Assembly (NCBI GenBank): GCA_021802505.1 | Contig: JAJZXE010000002.1 | Span: forward strand, 11,770 to 75,769 | Source: Nanobdellota archaeon | GTDB taxonomy: Archaea > Nanobdellota > Nanobdellia > Parvarchaeales > Parvarchaeaceae | Direction of reading: 5' to 3' | DNA length: 64,000 bases | In this document: positions 48,446 through 61,900 of the stretch, piece after piece | How positions within the stretch are numbered: position 1 is the stretch's first letter | How the letters are laid out: every line of letters starts with the position of its first letter | Notes under the pieces: generated by a model | Seen by the model: the letters and a program-made list of their open reading frames with translations, nothing else | Database searches by the model: none | What the model was told of the DNA's origin: nothing | Position numbers and translations under genes: made by a program

Positions 48446-49093
48446 ATGGGAACATTTGAACTGCTCCAACGTCAAAAGGCCGTAGAAGCAATAAACACAC
48501 TTGAAGAGAAGTACAGGAACGCAAAATACTATCTGAATTTCGACGGCGCTTTGCAGCTGATGGTTGCCGCGATACTATCGGCGCAGACGAAGGATACTCT
48601 TGTAAATGAAATAACCCCGGGACTGTTTCACAGATATAAAAACGTGGATGACTTTGCGAATGCGGAACCGGCTGAACTTACTGAATATATAAAAAGGGTA
48701 AGTTTCGCCGAAAACAAGGCAAAAAACATCATAAACTGCTGCAGGATCATCAATGAAAAGTATAACGGAAAAGTACCGGATAAAATGGATGATCTGCTTT
48801 CCCTGCCGGGGATAGGAAGAAAAACCGCCAATACCATACTCATAAATGCCTTTGGTATAGTGGAAGGAATACCTGTGGACACGTGGGTCATAAGGCTTTC
48901 CTACCGCATCGGATTGAGCAAAAGCGACAAACCCGATAAAATAGAGGAAGATCTTAAAGCCATTGTGGATAAAAAATACCGGAAGAACATAGCTTATGTA
49001 CTTAAGGAACACGGACACCTGATCTGCCATTCGTCCAAGCCAAAATGCGACAGCTGTCCGATAAAAGGAATTTGTCCGAAGAACGGAGTTTGA
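48446..49093 (+). CDS. nth: Endonuclease III
   Basis: ILSAQTKD, HhH LPGIGRKTAN, VDT, C-x6-C-x2-C-x5-C Fe-S motif. Confidence 0.95.
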   Translation: MGTFELLQRQKAVEAINTLEEKYRNAKYYLNFDGALQLMVAAILSAQTKDTLVNEITPGLFHRYKNVDDFANAEPAELTEYIKRVSFAENKAKNIINCCRIINEKYNGKVPDKMDDLLSLPGIGRKTANTILINAFGIVEGIPVDTWVIRLSYRIGLSKSDKPDKIEEDLKAIVDKKYRKNIAYVLKEHGHLICHSSKPKCDSCPIKGICPKNGV

Positions 49094-49227
49094 TGCCTAA
49101 TTATTTAATTTTAACTTAAATTTACAGTGAATAAATATGAATTAATAATTTCATCATATAAAAGAGAGAAAAAAAGCAAAAGTATTTATTAGAGTTATCA
49201 TCTATAATAGATAAGGGGGATGAAAAT

Positions 49228-49323
49228 ATGTCAAGCATAGTATTGGTGGGTGCAGCGGTTTTATATTTGCTGATACTGGTAGCGATAATACTGAGAAATA
49301 ACTCCCTGGCTTCGAGAGTTTAG
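49228..49323 (+). CDS. Putative 31-aa single-TM microprotein
   Basis: MSSIVLVGAAVLYLLILVAIILRNNSLASRV*, preceded by AAGGGGGATG SD-like sequence and an upstream tatttatta box. Confidence 0.55.
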   Translation: MSSIVLVGAAVLYLLILVAIILRNNSLASRV

Positions 49324-49356
49324 AGAGAATGGCTCAGTACCGCTTAGCGGAAGGTA

Positions 49357-49875
49357 TCAAGGTTTACTCTGATTTGTAAACCTGCCGGAATATTTTGCTT
49401 TTCCTTTCAGTTCTTCCAGCACTATCTGGCAGATTTTTGTTTCAGGCCTTATGGCCAGCGCTATCGGTGACAGATTTGCCATTTCTAAGACTATCTTACC
49501 GGTCGTACCGGGCTGCATAAAACCACTGCTTACATGCGTCAGTAAACCCAGTCTGGCAAATCTTGACCTGCCGTCCACTCTTGCAGAGATATTCTGCGGC
49601 AACGAGATTTTTTCTATGGTTATTGCATGAACCAGCTCCCCTGGTTGAATTAAAAAACTTCCGCCTTTTTTAATCCTGACCTCCTGTGTCAGTTTCCGGT
49701 AATCTGTGGAATCATCGACAGTTACTACTTTGTTTACCTTTTTGAATATCCTGAAAACGTATCCTAACCTAAGATCTACAGACCCCGGGCCTATCTGATT
49801 CCTGTTTAAAGGCGAGATTTTCAGATCTCCGGAATCCAGAAGTTTAATGATTTCATCGTGTGATAATACTGACAT
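49357..49875 (-). CDS. dcd: dCTP deaminase
   Basis: PGSVDLRLG, GRSRFARLGL, LEMAN, ICQ. Confidence 0.93.
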   Translation of the reverse strand: MSVLSHDEIIKLLDSGDLKISPLNRNQIGPGSVDLRLGYVFRIFKKVNKVVTVDDSTDYRKLTQEVRIKKGGSFLIQPGELVHAITIEKISLPQNISARVDGRSRFARLGLLTHVSSGFMQPGTTGKIVLEMANLSPIALAIRPETKICQIVLEELKGKAKYSGRFTNQSKP

Positions 49876-49939
49876 ATTCTAGTAATCATTCTTTACAGTT
49901 AAAAACTTTATATTTTAATTCAAATAAAGAAGATAAAAA

Positions 49940-52900
49940 CTAGGAAACGCTGCTGAAAGTCACGGATGGCATCACTCCTGCTGGAGGATAGGCACGGGTG
50001 CGAACCCAATAGACATTTAGGTTGTAAGAAGTAGAAAACGTTGTTTGTGCAGGGTTAAGATAATAAGACACTGTTACATAAAGAGGCGTAGCAGGAACAT
50101 CGGTTGTTGTACTCCCCCAATTTGTATATCCATATTGAACTGATGTGGAACCGTTGTCAGGATACAATACTCCAAAAATATGATAATTACTATCGCTTGT
50201 TATTTGTGAAGTATCAAAATAGTTAGCAGCTGAAGTAGTCGTAGTTTCGGCTGTTATCGTAGAGTGGGCTTGTACATTTCCCGCCCAACCTACAGCGTTT
50301 TCGTTTTCACCATTGTCAGCGTGCCAAGCAGTATTATTTAAAGCAGTTAATGCGTCGGGCACTATTCTAAAATTAGTAGTGTCGAAAGAATTAGTATTGG
50401 CATAACTTTCCAATATTTGCGCCCCGCTTACAGTATAAGAAGCAGATGAGAGATAAACATAACTTCCTGCAGCTGCATTATAAGGAACCACTTCTGTAAG
50501 TCCATTATCAATGGTCAGTGTTCCGCCGCTATTACCGCTGTTCCATTTAGTCGTGTTAAGGCTTGTCCCTGCGAAGTTGTCATAGAAATTGAATACATTA
50601 GCCCCGTCATCATACTCACCGTAATTGGGAGAAAGTGTGGGGGCTTCTCCTGTGGTCTTGTTGTTGAAAAGATTAGTAGAATTGGAGGCAAATCCTATAT
50701 ATATTGTAATCGATGAAGAAGCAGGTATACTTCCGGTTTTGATCCAATAAAGGGCATTTTTGGAATAAGAGTAGTTCTCAAGCCATGATGGTATTAAAGT
50801 TCCATTGGGATAAAAGAATTCGATATTCTGGAAATTGGGAGCTGCATAACCTTTATACACTGAAGACGTCATATTTATCATCTGCTGGAACGGCTGAGGT
50901 GTAGCTGCAGACTGAGAATTGTTTATTGCGATTTTAGCATAATTTTCTACGGATGCTGGTATAACAGCCTGCCCAAAACTTATGGAAGGCATCACTCCGC
51001 TAGGTGGATAAGCGCGGACGCGAACCCAGTTTGCATGAATTATATTATTCGGGGAGCCCGGCCCGGGATTTCCAAGCGTCAAATAAAAAACAGGATTATT
51101 GTAGTTAGTTTCGGATGCAGTCATATTGTTATCGACGGAATAGGTGGTAGTTAGTATACTGGCGGTGATTGACGAGGTATTTTTTATGATGACTTGTGCT
51201 ATATAGGTTCCATTTGTACTCACGTTCTGTGCACCATTGAGGAGTGCCACCTTTCCATTATAATACCATCCACCTCTGGAATTTGCCCAAGCATTGACAT
51301 CAAATTGGTCACTGGTTGCACTTGGTGTTATGTAATTAGAACCGCCTATCATTACCATATTCGTAGAATTGATAATATCCCCCAGACTTTCAGCAATAAA
51401 AGGCGCACTGAATGTTTGATTGCTGTAAGTTATACCATCGTACGCAAAAGACCCTGCTGTGCCACCAGGTGTAATTGTAACTCCATTATTTACAGCGACA
51501 GTTACCCCACTTGGTCCGCTATTCCATCCGGCCTTTAATGTAGTCCCGGCAAAATTGTCATAGAAATTGAATACGTTGGCACCGTCATCATACTCTGCAT
51601 ATGTTGGAGATAGCTGAGGAGCCTCACCGGTAGTTTTGTTATTGAAAAGATCTGTTGAATTGTGAACCAGGCCGATTACTATGTTTGTTATGGTGGTGTT
51701 GGCTGGTATTCCATCTGGCAATTTAATCCAGAACAAAGCATACTTTGAAGTGTAATTCTCAAGCCATGAGTTTATCTTTTTATCACTGGTTTTGTTGTAA
51801 AACACCACATTCTGGAACTGGTGTCCACTGCTTAAGTTTATGTACTGCTTGTAATTTGAATAGGATAGGTTCACCAGCTCCTGGAATGGTGCTGGAGTGG
51901 CGGTTGACTGTACATTGGTTATATTTATCGGCAGGTAATAATCCAAAAGCGTAGATAAGCTAGGATTAATTACCCTCTTTATAGTTACAGAATTTGAGGT
52001 ATAATTTGCATTTCCACTGGTATTCAGTACAATCGTGTAGTTATTTGCATACTTTCCTAAGTTTATCGTCGTTGTCGTTGTTATTGTTTTATTAAGAACT
52101 CCGTTTATGTATAACGTTGCCGTTACCTGGCTGTTAATAGTAGATATTGCTGCAGTCACAGTAAGATTTGTTCCATTGTATGTGTAGTTTACACCCGGTT
52201 TTGAGGTCAAACTGAGAGAAGGTACCGCTTTGTTTATCGTCTCATAATAAGATATGTTGTTTATACTACTTGAATTTGATCCTCCAATAACTCTAATCTT
52301 GCCGATGGATGGACTGCTGGCATAAGTCGAAATATTCCTGGAAAATGACGTTAAAGACGTAACTGAGTTATTTATTATATCCCATAGTTTTACATAATTG
52401 TTATTGGATTCAACGGTAAAATTGCTTGTTTGACCGTAAATTGCAGTCACATTATTGTTTGAAAGTCCGTTTATAAACAGATTTATCGGATTTGTAACGA
52501 GATTGTTGAATTTTACAGATGGTATTATTCCGTCCGGAGGAGCAGTTGGAGAGTAATAACTTACTGCGTTGTTTGACCACAAAGCGGTATACGCTCCGCC
52601 TCCGTCCTCGTAATAATCCATTTCTATCCTAACGGTTCCTAAACTAGATTCTACCCCGCTGTAGGCTGTAAAAGGCTCTGTATGCCACTGGCTTACAAGA
52701 TTATTCGGATTTGAGGTTCCTCCTAACCAATAAGCGCCGTTTCCCTGTCCTGCCGTTGTAGAGTAACCCAGGGCTATTCCGTCATCGGAGCCGACGTAAA
52801 AAGTAGTTGCCGAATTGACCTCCGCCCATCCTATTGCTTTTATTATCCATGAATTGCCGGTGTTTGATACGGGCGGATTCGGATATGCCGCTCCGCCGCT

Positions 52901-55900
52901 GTATCCTTCCTGATAATTAATTACTACATTTGATTTGGTTGTTCCGTCTACATCCTGAGAGCTGCCCGATAAAGCGGTATAAAATGGTATGGTAGAAGAT
53001 ACCATCGAAGCACATGAACTTATGGTGACACCGTCGTTTAATGTGGCTGAATATACGTTATTCTGATAACTTCCGCTGTCACACGCCCCACCGGAATCAT
53101 AGTAGATCTGATACTGCAATCCGCTGTTCATCACATTACCGATATCATTGTACTGTCCGTAAGTCGATGACAACTGAGGTGCTTCACCCCTTGTTTTATT
53201 GTTGAAAAGATCTGTTGAATTAGAAGCAAAACCCACGGCTATGTCAAATAAAGTCGTATTTGCCTGTATACCGTTTGGCAGCTTAATCCAATAGATAGCA
53301 TAACCTGTGCCGCTGCTGATGTGATAGCTTTCCAGCCATGAATTTATTGGCTTGCCAGTTGTAGTATTAAAGAATTCAAGATTCTGGAGGGAGTGAGCAC
53401 CGCTTTGATTTATGTACTTACTGTTTGCCGAAGTTATGGTCAAATTTATCATCTGCTGGAATGGCTGTGCCGTAGAAATCGTCTCCGGATTCGTTATATT
53501 CAGAACCTGATACTTGTAGACTGAAACAGGTGTGGCTAGGGATTTCTTAGAAAATGATATAGCCAAGGAACCGTTTGATTCCATATATCCTTTGGTAATA
53601 TTAGGAATGTATACTGCCGTAGAAGTCGTTATATTATCCGGTAAAGAAAAGCTGTAGTTGCCTAGTAAATCCGTAAAATGGATAACATTAATATCGGAAG
53701 TATGCGTTTTTCCGTTGTATATAACTTTCCATGCGGTGTTAGAAGGCAGACCGGTTTCATTGAATGACGGAGTGTAATTCCAAAGCGATATGTTTGTGGA
53801 TACTCCCGCCTTAGTCATTCCCAGAGAATAACCTTTTGAAAATCCTGCTTTATAAGAGTAGATGCCTGATCCGGAAGAGAGCGAGGTTATTGAAATGTTT
53901 TTTGGAGTTATATTGCTTCTGTTTACTCCATTATAATCTACCCACCAGGTAATGTTATTTGGCAGGTTGTTCTCAATAAATTTATTTGTACAGTTCCACC
54001 CTATAAAGAAGGATATGGATCCGGCTTGAACATATTTAGACTGTGTTGAGCAGGATGAATTAGTTGACGCGGTAGCAGTGTAATTTCCGAATGGCGTATC
54101 GGGCACTGTTATTGTTCCGTTAGGTAAAATAAATGTTACTTTTGGCATAACCCCGTTGGGATACGAAATAGGCAGTGTTGGTGCCGTTAATATAAATCCA
54201 CCGGGCCCACAGCCACCGCCTCCATTTCCTCTTGAAGTGGCGAGTTTATACTCTCCGGGCGGCAAATAAATCGAGCCGTATGAGCTCAGACAGTATGGTG
54301 TATTAAAGAAGTGATTGTAGTAACCTACTCCGTTTGAAGCACCTGTTATACTTAATCCAGAATAACCTCCGTTACCTCCCGCCATATATATGTTAACATC
54401 TCCACCTCCCCATGAACAAATCATGTTTAGATTTCCGCCATATTCCATATTAAAGAAATTACCACATGAGGTGTAATTTTCACTTAGCTCTGCCGGAAGT
54501 TGAGAGCCGGTTGAAGGTTGAGGGTAAGGACCTAGATCTATAGATGTACTGTTACTAAGCTTAGCTAACACAACCGTTGAATTGGAAGCAAATCCTATGT
54601 AGATATTGGTGGATGAATTAGCGGGTATACTGCCGGGATTAAGCCAGTACACGGAGTATTTACTATAGATATAGTTCGCGAGCCAAGAGGGTATTATAGT
54701 GCCGTTCTGGTAGAAAAACTCAACGTTTTGGAAATTTGAAGCGGCCAGACCTGCGTAGATACTGTGGCTGAGATTTACAACCTGCTGTAAAGGAGAAACT
54801 GTCGAAACACCCTGTGAATTGTGTATCTTTATAACCCTGTAATATTTTATATACGCAGGTACCGCCCCTGGTATAGCAGAACTTACAGAACTTACATTCT
54901 TTCCGTCAAATGAAACAGACCATAATGAGTTTGGCGCTAAACCATTCTGAACAAACGACGTAGTGCAGATATCGGATAGTGAAAAATGAATGTTTATGTT
55001 GGTACCAGCGTTCTCTTCCGCTTGTGTAATATTAGGAGTATAAGTTGACGTACAGTTCAATGTTGAGGATACATTTGAAAGCACAGGAACTGATAAATTA
55101 TAACGTCCTGAAACTGTGCTGAACATTATAGAATTGGATGTCGCTGATTTATTTATTCCATTGAACAATGCGTACCAGTTATATCCTTGAGGAAGACCGG
55201 TTTCATTAAGATAAGTAGTAACGAGGGTTGTATTTATATCAATTGAAGGCATCACTCCTACTGGTGGGTAAGCACGTGTACGAACCCACCTAACATAAAT
55301 TGGATTGGTATATTCATTTGTTAAGGCTAAAAATATCGTTGAACTAAAAGCTGGAATATTAGTTGTTATTGTTTGTCCTGCGTTTGGTGCAGAGGAATAA
55401 GAATTAAGATAATAAATTATTCTAGATTCAGTAGCAGATATGGAATAAATGTTATATGTGTTAGTAGGATATGAACCTATTTTGTTTTGTATGCCGGCAG
55501 AAGAATATGCGTTTGTATACCAATTTCCATCCTTATAAACTTGTATCCCGAAAGCGGGGTTACCACCAAAATATGTACCCGGTACCGTATTCGTCATGCC
55601 CCAGCGAAATGTTGTAGATGCCGATGGGCTGTCTTCGTAAACATCTAAAATTATATTAGAATTCCACTGTATATTTGTATCTGCAATCCATGTTTCATGG
55701 CTTAATCCTCCCGTTCCTCCTCCAGTTAGTGATAGACTATTATTTACTGAAATACCGCTAAGAGAACCAGAGGTTTGATCACTACCGTAGCTATTCCATT
55801 TTGTAGTGTTCAAGCTCGTCCCTGCGAAATTGTCATAGAAGTTGAATACGTTGGCACCGTCATCATACTCTGCATATGTTGCTGATAATTGAGGAGCTTC

Positions 55901-58900
55901 GCCGGTAGTTTTGTTATTGAAGTTATTTGCGTACTGTAGCAATGTCCGGTTGAATATCATGTAGATAGTTATACCGCTTTTTGATGGAATACTCTTTATC
56001 TTAAGCCAATAAACAGTATTATTTGATCTGTTTGAATTCCCGGACTCAAGCCATGAAGGTATAACGCTACCGTTCTGATAAGTGAACATTATATTGGAAA
56101 GCCGGGAATTCTCATATCCGGAATACTTTGAAGAGTTAAAGCTAAGCATCTGCTGGAAAGGCTGAGAAGTCGAAATGTTCTGCGAGTTGTAAAAGGATAC
56201 CGGAAGAACAAACGGCTTTTCATAAGCCGATGTATCATTTGAAAATGCGACCGTTAGATTGCTGCCTGCCGGCAGATATGTCCTGCTTACGTTGGAAACA
56301 AAGCCGGAATTGTATTTAACTACAGGATACACAACAAGGGTGTAATTGCTGCTGTATGAAGTGATGAACTTTAAAGTGTTGTTGACAGACAATCCGTTTT
56401 TACCGCCAAATTCCGCTTCCCATTTATAACCCTGCGGAAGACCCGCTTCCTTGAAATAGCTGTAGCATATGCTTGAAAAGGTTATGTTTACTGATGAACC
56501 GGATGTAAAATTTTCTTTTGTAATCGAGGGCGTAAAAGTGCACTGACCCTGTTTTATGGTGTTTGTGGAGAATGTAAAAGTCCCGTATGTTGTATTAAAT
56601 GACAACACTGTAGTATTTGAGCTGTTTGACTGCGAATTATATTCCGCAGACCATGTTGTTTCCGAAGGCAATCCGGTCTCCCTGAAGGTGGTGATGCAGT
56701 ATGAATGACTGAAAGATACAGAAATGATGGAATCCGCGGAGATATTTCCGCTCTGCGGAGAAGGAGTATAGACGCAACCGTTTACCGTTTGATCCGGCAC
56801 GGTGAATGAATAGGTCCCTTTCGATGAATTTATTGCAATGGTGGAAGTGGTTGATGAATTTGATACGCCTGCAAAGGTGACATTCCATTTTGTAGAAGAA
56901 GGAAGACCGCTCTCCCTGAAGGTGGTGATGCAGTATTTCTCTGTGAACTTCAACTGCGTATAATTACCGGAAACCAGATAGCCGCTGGAGCTGTTTGAGT
57001 AATAGAAACAGTTGCTGTTGTTTACTGCGGGGACTAAAAATGAGTAATTTCCTGGCGGAACATTGAATAGGATAGTAGACTGGGAAGATGAATTGTCTAT
57101 GCCGTCGTATGTAACCTTCCATGTAGTTCCAGAAGGCAGACCTGTCTCTGTAAACCCTGTAAAACAGTTACTGGCAAATGTTATACTCTTGTTGGAACCT
57201 GCCAGTATACTGCCGGATGAAGGCGTGGGATCCAGATAGCAGTTAGCCGAGACCTGTATTGAAGACACTGTAAAGGAAAAATTACTGTAGATAGAGGAGA
57301 TAAGCAGTGATGAGGTGGAGGAGAAGTTAGTTATCCCGTCGTATGTAACCTTCCATGTAGTTCCAGAAGGCAGACCTGTCTCATTGAAATAGGTGTTACA
57401 TAGCGCGGAATAGCCTATTGTAATGGAGGTTCCGGCGGACAGGTGACCAGATAATGGTGAAGGCGTGAAAAGGCAGTTGCCGCTCTTTATCGTGTACGCG
57501 GTGAAGTTAAAGGTCCCGGGAGAAGTGACAAAGGAGATCAGATTACCGGTGCTGTCATTCTCGGTCTTGTTCGCACCGTTATATGACAGGGTAAAATTGA
57601 TGTTTTTTGGCAGTCCAGACTCCTTAAAGTAAGATGTACATCTTGTCTGATTAAATACAAGATATATATTCGAGCCGGCTGCAGCCGTTGAATTCGTAGT
57701 TACCGTGTAAAAACAGTTGTCTATGGTCAGGTTGCTTATAGAATATGCAAATTTACCCGGCGGCGTGATGAAAGAAATTTCGCTGCTATTGGAAGTTTCG
57801 TTTATCCCGTCATAAACAACGTTCCACTTCGAACTTTTAGGCAGGCCATTCTCTATGAAGTTGGTAGTGCAGCCGCCAGAATAATTTATTATCTTGGAAG
57901 AGCCGGCTGCCAAACCGCCCGAAGAAGGAGAAGGCTGGTAATAACATGTGGAATTCCCGACATAGGATGCGGAGAAGACGTACGTGCCGTTTAGCGATGG
58001 AACTTTTATCGAATTTGTATTAGAAGACGTGGCAATTCCATTGTAGGTTATACTCCAGGTCGTATTCAACGGCAAACCGGTTTCATTGAATGTAGTATAA
58101 CACTTTGCGGAAAAATGGATCTTCTGCAACGACCCCGTCACTGTACTGCCACTGCTTGGGGAACTATAATACGTACAACCGCCTATTTTTACGTTTGCAA
58201 CGGACAGCTTAAATATCCCTGCCGGAGTAACCACGGAAACATTCCGTGAAGAAGTAGACAATTGTATCCCGTCATAAGTAAGATTCCATTTCGTCCCAGA
58301 AGGAAGACCGCTCTCAATAAAAGTGGTGTTGCAGGTGTTTTCTGTAAAAGTTATGGCCTCGGAAGACCCTGCTTTCAGGGTGCCGGATGGCGGCGATGGG
58401 AGATAGCTGCAGCCGGAATATATGGAGGAGTATGAAGAGAAGGAATAACTGCTGTTAGAAGTCACAAAGGTTATGTTCTGATTTGATGACTTCTTTGTAA
58501 CGCCGTTATAGGTTATATTCCACAATGCACCTGAAGGAAGAGACTGCTGCATGAATGTAGTGTTGCATTCCAAAGTGTAGGAGATGGCTACGGAACTTCC
58601 TGCAGAAAGCGAACCCTTGGTAGTATCCGGCTGGTAATAGCAGCCGCTGCCGACGCTGACTATGGAAGGATAGTAGGTATGACTGCCGGGAGAAGCCAGT
58701 ATTATTATTTTGCTGCCTGATGAACTGTTTGTGATGCCGTTGAAGTCAACGCTCCATTTTGTAGACGAAGGAAGACCTGTCTCGTTGAAATAGGTGGCGC
58801 AGAAATTATTATAGACTATATTAACCGTACTGCCTATCTTCGCCAGTCCGCTGTTGCTTGTAAGATTAATGTTACAGCCGCTTACAGAGATATTTTTTGG

Positions 58901-61900
58901 AAGGATTAAATAACTGAAGGAGGAGGGGGAAAAGGAAGTATTGAAGCTTATCGAATTTGATGTTGATTTGCTGAAACTGCCGTTGTATGTAACGTTCCAC
59001 GGATAACTCTGCGGAAGATTGTTTTCCTTGAAAGTCGTAATGCAGTAATCCGGAGCAAACTCTATCGTCAAAGACGAGCCCGATCCTACAGTACCACGTG
59101 TCATATTCGGAACATAATTACAGCCGTTGGAAAAAACATTGTAGGATGAAAAGTTATATTGTCCGTTGAGAGCAGTGAACGTAAGTATATTTGATGATGA
59201 AGTTCCGTTCAAGCCATTATATTTTACTGTCCATAATGCACCGGAGGGAAGACCGCTCTCCCTGAATGTGGTAATACAGTCATCCGAGAACGTTATCTTT
59301 AGGTTCTGCCCGGCCGCTATTCCCCCGGAAGAAGGGGCCGGTACAAAAGAACATGAAGAGGTTATAGGTATGCCGGGGACGCTGAACGACCTTGACTCGT
59401 TCTGTGAAATCCATTCGACGTGCGATGAGTTCGTAGACAAATTATTGCCCTGATACACATAATTACCATTTACCAGATAGGGTTTCAGATCGAAGTACCA
59501 TTTCGTCCCAGGAAGGCCTTTTTCAGATATATTGGAATAGCACGTAGCCGAGAAGTGCAAGCCGATGGAACTGCCGGCCTTTACAACGGATGGATAAGAA
59601 GTGGAAAATATACAATTGCTTACATTCACTGCAGGCACGGCAAGAGAAAAATTGCCGGCGTTTGTAACGAAACTGGTCTCGTTTGTACCTGAAGAATTGG
59701 TATAATTGAAAGTGGCGTTCCAATCCTGGTTTTCTGGCAGACCCCTCTCCGTAAGATATGTTGTACATGTGGTAGGTGTGAAGGAAACATTTACGGACGA
59801 GCCGGAAGTTGTGTTTCTGCTTTTAGTCAGGGGGGCGAAATTGCAGTTATGCCCGTGTTCATTGTACAGTTTAAAGGAATAATTACCGGGAATCTGAAGT
59901 ATGCTCAGCTTATTGGAATTGGAGGAAACCGTTGCCCCATTGTATGTCACCGACCATAGAGTACCGGAATAAAGACCGTTTTCCACAAAAGTCGTTGTGC
60001 ATTCCTTTATGAAATTCAGGTTCACCGTAACTCCTGCGGTGTCATTTCCTGAAAGGGGCTGCGGATAATAATGACACGTACCCCCTGCCGGAACCTCTGC
60101 AACGCTGTAGGAATAATTGCCGTAAAGAGACGTAAAAGAAATAGAATTAGAGGAGGAACTTTTATTCTGACCGGCAAAGTATGCAGTCCAATCCATTGAA
60201 GAAGGAAGACCGCTCTCTTTAAAGGCAGTAATGCAGGAGCTACTGAAATTTTCCGATACATTTGCACCCGCCTGCACCGCTCCCGAACCGTTTTCCGGGG
60301 AGAAAACACAGTTTCCGATGGAAAGTTTCGGCACTGAAAAAGAATAGCTGCCTGGGACGGAGGTGAATTGTATTTTATTTGACTGCGAGTCTGTGGTACT
60401 GCCGTTTAAGGCGGCCTGCCATGACGCCCCTGCCGGCAGATCTTTTTCCGTAAAGATTGTATCGCATGACGTCAGACTGAAGGATACGTGCACCGGATGT
60501 CCAACCAGTATAGAACCGGAAGTCACATTCGGTTCATAGAAGCAGTTCTTATAATCCGCGGTAGATATCTGATAGTAATACTTTCCAGGCTGCATCAGGA
60601 ATGAGATATTCTGCGTAACAGAGTTTTTCTTTATCCCGTTGTATGTAACAGACCAGTTGGCGCCCTGCGGCAGACCTGGATCTATAAAAGCAGTGACGCA
60701 CTCATTCACGTACAATATCGACTCGTTCCCGCCGGCCGCTGCACTGCCTGATGACGGCGAAGGGACGTAATAACAGCCGCCGCCGGATAAGACCGACGAA
60801 GCATTGAAAGAATAGGAACCGTTTACAGTGTGGAAAAACATCGTATTTGAAAGTGTTGATCTGGTTTTGCCGTCATAAGTAACGGACCAGTTGTCATTGG
60901 AAGGAAGACCGCTTTCAAAGAATTCTGTGCTGCATGCGCCAGAGAAATGGATGTTCTGCAGTGCCCCCGCAGTTATGCTGCCGTTCGCCGGATAAGGTGT
61001 GTAAGTACAGTTGCCTATTATTATCGTGGAAACGTTATAGCTAAAAACCGTATTCGGATAGTAGGGAAATTCTATCGTAGAATTATACGAACCGTCTCTC
61101 GTCTGGTTGTCATACTCCACCTCCCATGAGATACCCTGCGGCAGACCGGATGACGCAAAATCGGTGTGACAGACCTTGGAAAAGGCAATCGTAGCCGTTG
61201 CACTGGCAGACAGATTACCAGATGAAGGCGCAGGGGAATAGATACAGCCGCCGCGCGTAGAATTGAAGACATTAAAGGAGAAATTTCCCGGAGCAGTACT
61301 GAAGGTTATAGAAGAAGACGCTGAATTTAATATTATACCGTCATAAGCGACGGACCACTCAAGTCCTGCCGGTAATCCTCTCTCATGAAAAGTAGATATA
61401 CATGCAGGGGTAAACACCACTGTGATTCTGGACCCTGATGACAGCGGGGATGATGCATTTGAAGAAGGATAGTATGTACAATTGTTTACCACGACATTAT
61501 TTACGGAGAATGGAAAACTGCCTAAACCAACGAAGAAGGAAATATTGTCAGGGGACTTATTATACAAGGAAGACGAATCGTAATTTACCTGCCATGTTTC
61601 GTTTACCGGCAATCCCTCCTCGTAAAATCCAGTAAGACAAGAAGAGGAAAAATTTATCGGGATTATGCTTCCGGGAGCCGCAGAGCCTGCTGCGGGGTCG
61701 GGAGTAAAAAGACAGTTACCAAGCGATACTTTGCTCACGGTAAAATTGGAAGTGAAGTTTGCCGGAGATGGTATAAAAGAGATACTGCCGGAAGCGGACG
61801 CATTATCCATGTTATCGTATGAAACGTTCCACTCAATACCGGTCGGCAGACCATTTTCCAGGAATACCACCTTATTCGTCTTAACAGTGCAGGGAGTTAT

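Noticed and set aside
49940-56215. Diversity-generating retroelement acting on the giant protein
   Set aside because: No reverse transcriptase in the window; the repeats are all in-frame coding flanks and their mismatches are not adenine-specific
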